Assembly: GCA_963797095.1 (NCBI GenBank)
Contig: CAWCNY010000001.1
Coordinates: 32,001 to 96,000 of the forward strand
From: an uncultured Chloroflexia bacterium
GTDB lineage: Bacteria; Chloroflexota; Chloroflexia; QHBQ01; JADMIH01
Direction: 5' to 3'
DNA: 64,000 bases
Of the stretch, positions 62,303-64,000 are shown in pieces. The notes beneath the pieces are model-generated. The model ran no database searches. It had not been told where the DNA came from and saw nothing but the letters and a program-made list of their open reading frames with translations. The translations under genes and the position numbers were made by a program. Each line of letters begins with the position of its first letter. Within the stretch, counting starts at the first letter, position 1.

Positions 62303-64000
62303 ATGACAGCAGTAACCAGTAAGCCGGATGTGTTAGATCAGGCTCTATTTGAATATTTTGGGTATAGCGAGTTCCGCCCAGGCCAGCGAGAGGTGCTTGA
62401 TCAACTTCTCAAAGGGCAGGACGTGCTTGCTGTCTTCCCTACAGGCGCGGGTAAATCTCTTACTTATCAGCTGGCCGCGCTACTTCTTCCGGGCACGGCA
62501 ATCGTCGTGTCACCCCTGATCGCTCTTATGCGCGACCAGGTAGTGGACCTTCAGAGCAGGAGCATTGAGGGTGTATCCGCCATCAACTCTACCCTCACCG
62601 AGCAGGAAGTAAATGACCACCTCAGCGACCTTACCGGTGGCGAGGAAAAACTGCTTTATGTGACCCCGGAGCGCTGCTCCGATCCCGAATTTCTTGAGCA
62701 TCTTGAGAGAACCAACGTCTGCCTCTTTGTGGTAGATGAGGCCCACTGTATCTCCGAATGGGGCTACGACTTCCGCCCGGCCTATCTGATGCTCAACAAG
62801 GCGATCCGCGCAGCCAAGCGCCCGCCTATCCTGGCCCTTACGGCGACCGCCACCCCGCAGGTGCGCATGGACATCCAGTCCAACCTGGGCCTTATCGATC
62901 CGCTGGTGATCATCCACGGGTTCGACCGCCCCAACCTGGTGTTCGATGTCCTTTCGGCCTCCACGGATCGCGAGAAGGACTGGCAGCTACTCAAGCTTTT
63001 CGGCAGGGCTTCCTCCGGCAAGGCGGGAGAGGCAGGCGGTTATATGACCTCCACCTTCACGCGCCGCGATTTCCCCGCCGATATGAACTCGGAGTTGATA
63101 GAGAGGATTGAGTACCTCGATGCCACCCTGGAGGGTTCGGGGTTGGTATACGTGGCTACTACAGCCGAGGCTCGCCGTGTAGCCGGTCTCTTGAATGATT
63201 CAGGCCTGAAGGCGGCTTTCTATCACGGGCAGATGCGCAAGAGCGACCGGGACCGCGTGCAGCAGGAATGGATGGACGAGAAGACGCCCGTTGTGGTGGC
63301 GACCACGGCCTTCGGTATGGGCATCAATAAGCCCAATCTGCGCTATGTGGTCCATTATGACCTGCCCGCTTCTCTCGAAGCCTATTATCAGGAGGCAGGT
63401 AGGGCAGGGCGCGACGGCCTGCCGGCCAAGGCGATCCTCATTTACGACCCTCGCGACCGCAACATTCAGAACTTCTTCATCGGCGGTAGCGTACCGTCGG
63501 AGGCCAGCCTGCGGGACTTCTGGGACGAAATCAGGAAGCTGCTGCGCGCCAAAGAGCGCGCCAACCCAGGTGAGGGCAAGGTTACGTCCCTATCCATAAG
63601 CGAGGTTGCCAAGATACGCAATCTGCCTGTAGCGCGGGTTCGGCCTCTGCTGGCCGCGCTTGAGCAGGCGGGCGGGGTTGCCCTGCTGGAAGGGAACGGC
63701 GATAACCAGGATGTGGCGCACTTCCGCAAGCTGCACGTAATTGGCAGGCGTTTGCTACTCGATATGAAGAAACTCCAGGCCCGCAAGCAGTATGAGCAAA
63801 GCAGACTGGAGATGATGCAGAGATATGCCAGCACCCGCGATTGCCGCCGGAGGCTCCTCCTCGGCTATTTCGGGGAGACCTATGACCGCGAGAACTGTGG
63901 CGGGTGCGATAACTGCCTCAAGGCGGACGAAAGCACGGCCATTCGGAGCGAACAGTCGATGGCAGTGCCGGTGCCCGAAACTCCTTTCCATACAGGCTCC
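62303..64000 (+). CDS. recQ: RecQ family DNA helicase (runs off window end)
   Basis: Translated by hand from ATG 62303: FGYSEFRPGQ, PTGAGKS, VDEAHC.SEWGYDFRP.Y, ALTATA, AFGMGI.K, YYQEAGRAGRDG, CRR..LLGYF..C..CDNC. Confidence 0.93.
   Translation, partial: MTAVTSKPDVLDQALFEYFGYSEFRPGQREVLDQLLKGQDVLAVFPTGAGKSLTYQLAALLLPGTAIVVSPLIALMRDQVVDLQSRSIEGVSAINSTLTEQEVNDHLSDLTGGEEKLLYVTPERCSDPEFLEHLERTNVCLFVVDEAHCISEWGYDFRPAYLMLNKAIRAAKRPPILALTATATPQVRMDIQSNLGLIDPLVIIHGFDRPNLVFDVLSASTDREKDWQLLKLFGRASSGKAGEAGGYMTSTFTRRDFPADMNSELIERIEYLDATLEGSGLVYVATTAEARRVAGLLNDSGLKAAFYHGQMRKSDRDRVQQEWMDEKTPVVVATTAFGMGINKPNLRYVVHYDLPASLEAYYQEAGRAGRDGLPAKAILIYDPRDRNIQNFFIGGSVPSEASLRDFWDEIRKLLRAKERANPGEGKVTSLSISEVAKIRNLPVARVRPLLAALEQAGGVALLEGNGDNQDVAHFRKLHVIGRRLLLDMKKLQARKQYEQSRLEMMQRYASTRDCRRRLLLGYFGETYDRENCGGCDNCLKADESTAIRSEQSMAVPVPETPFHTGS

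Overview
Chromosomal window from what looks like a Chloroflexota bacterium (inferred from PCGGPGEPC-type SLH domains, FERAR/YFEKGR cell-wall repeats and XRE-NB-ARC-TPR regulators). It has five parts. (1) A nested mobile stack at 1-2.7 kb: an IS3 cut by a group II intron whose RT gene is apparently cut by a second group II intron. (2) A block of secreted, membrane and regulatory genes at 2.8-25 kb. (3) A second mobile stack at 25.2-33.4 kb: an IS6 MITE, an IS6 carrying an ORF-less group II intron, rve-integrase ISs, a cargo-carrying IS21 and a 309-bp IS200/IS605 mini-element. (4) A minus-strand rRNA locus apparently split into three transcription units (16S, tRNA-Ala, 23S-5S), with a glycoside-hydrolase-like gene in the spacer and insertions in both 16S and 23S. 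Upstream of it lies an unexplained promoter-driven, boxA-containing, structured ~300-600 nt non-coding unit, the best candidate for something new. (5) Housekeeping and envelope genes (mscL, rnhB, rplS, recQ and others), several with single frameshifts that may be sequencing errors. All calls come from reading the sequence by eye; no searches were run.
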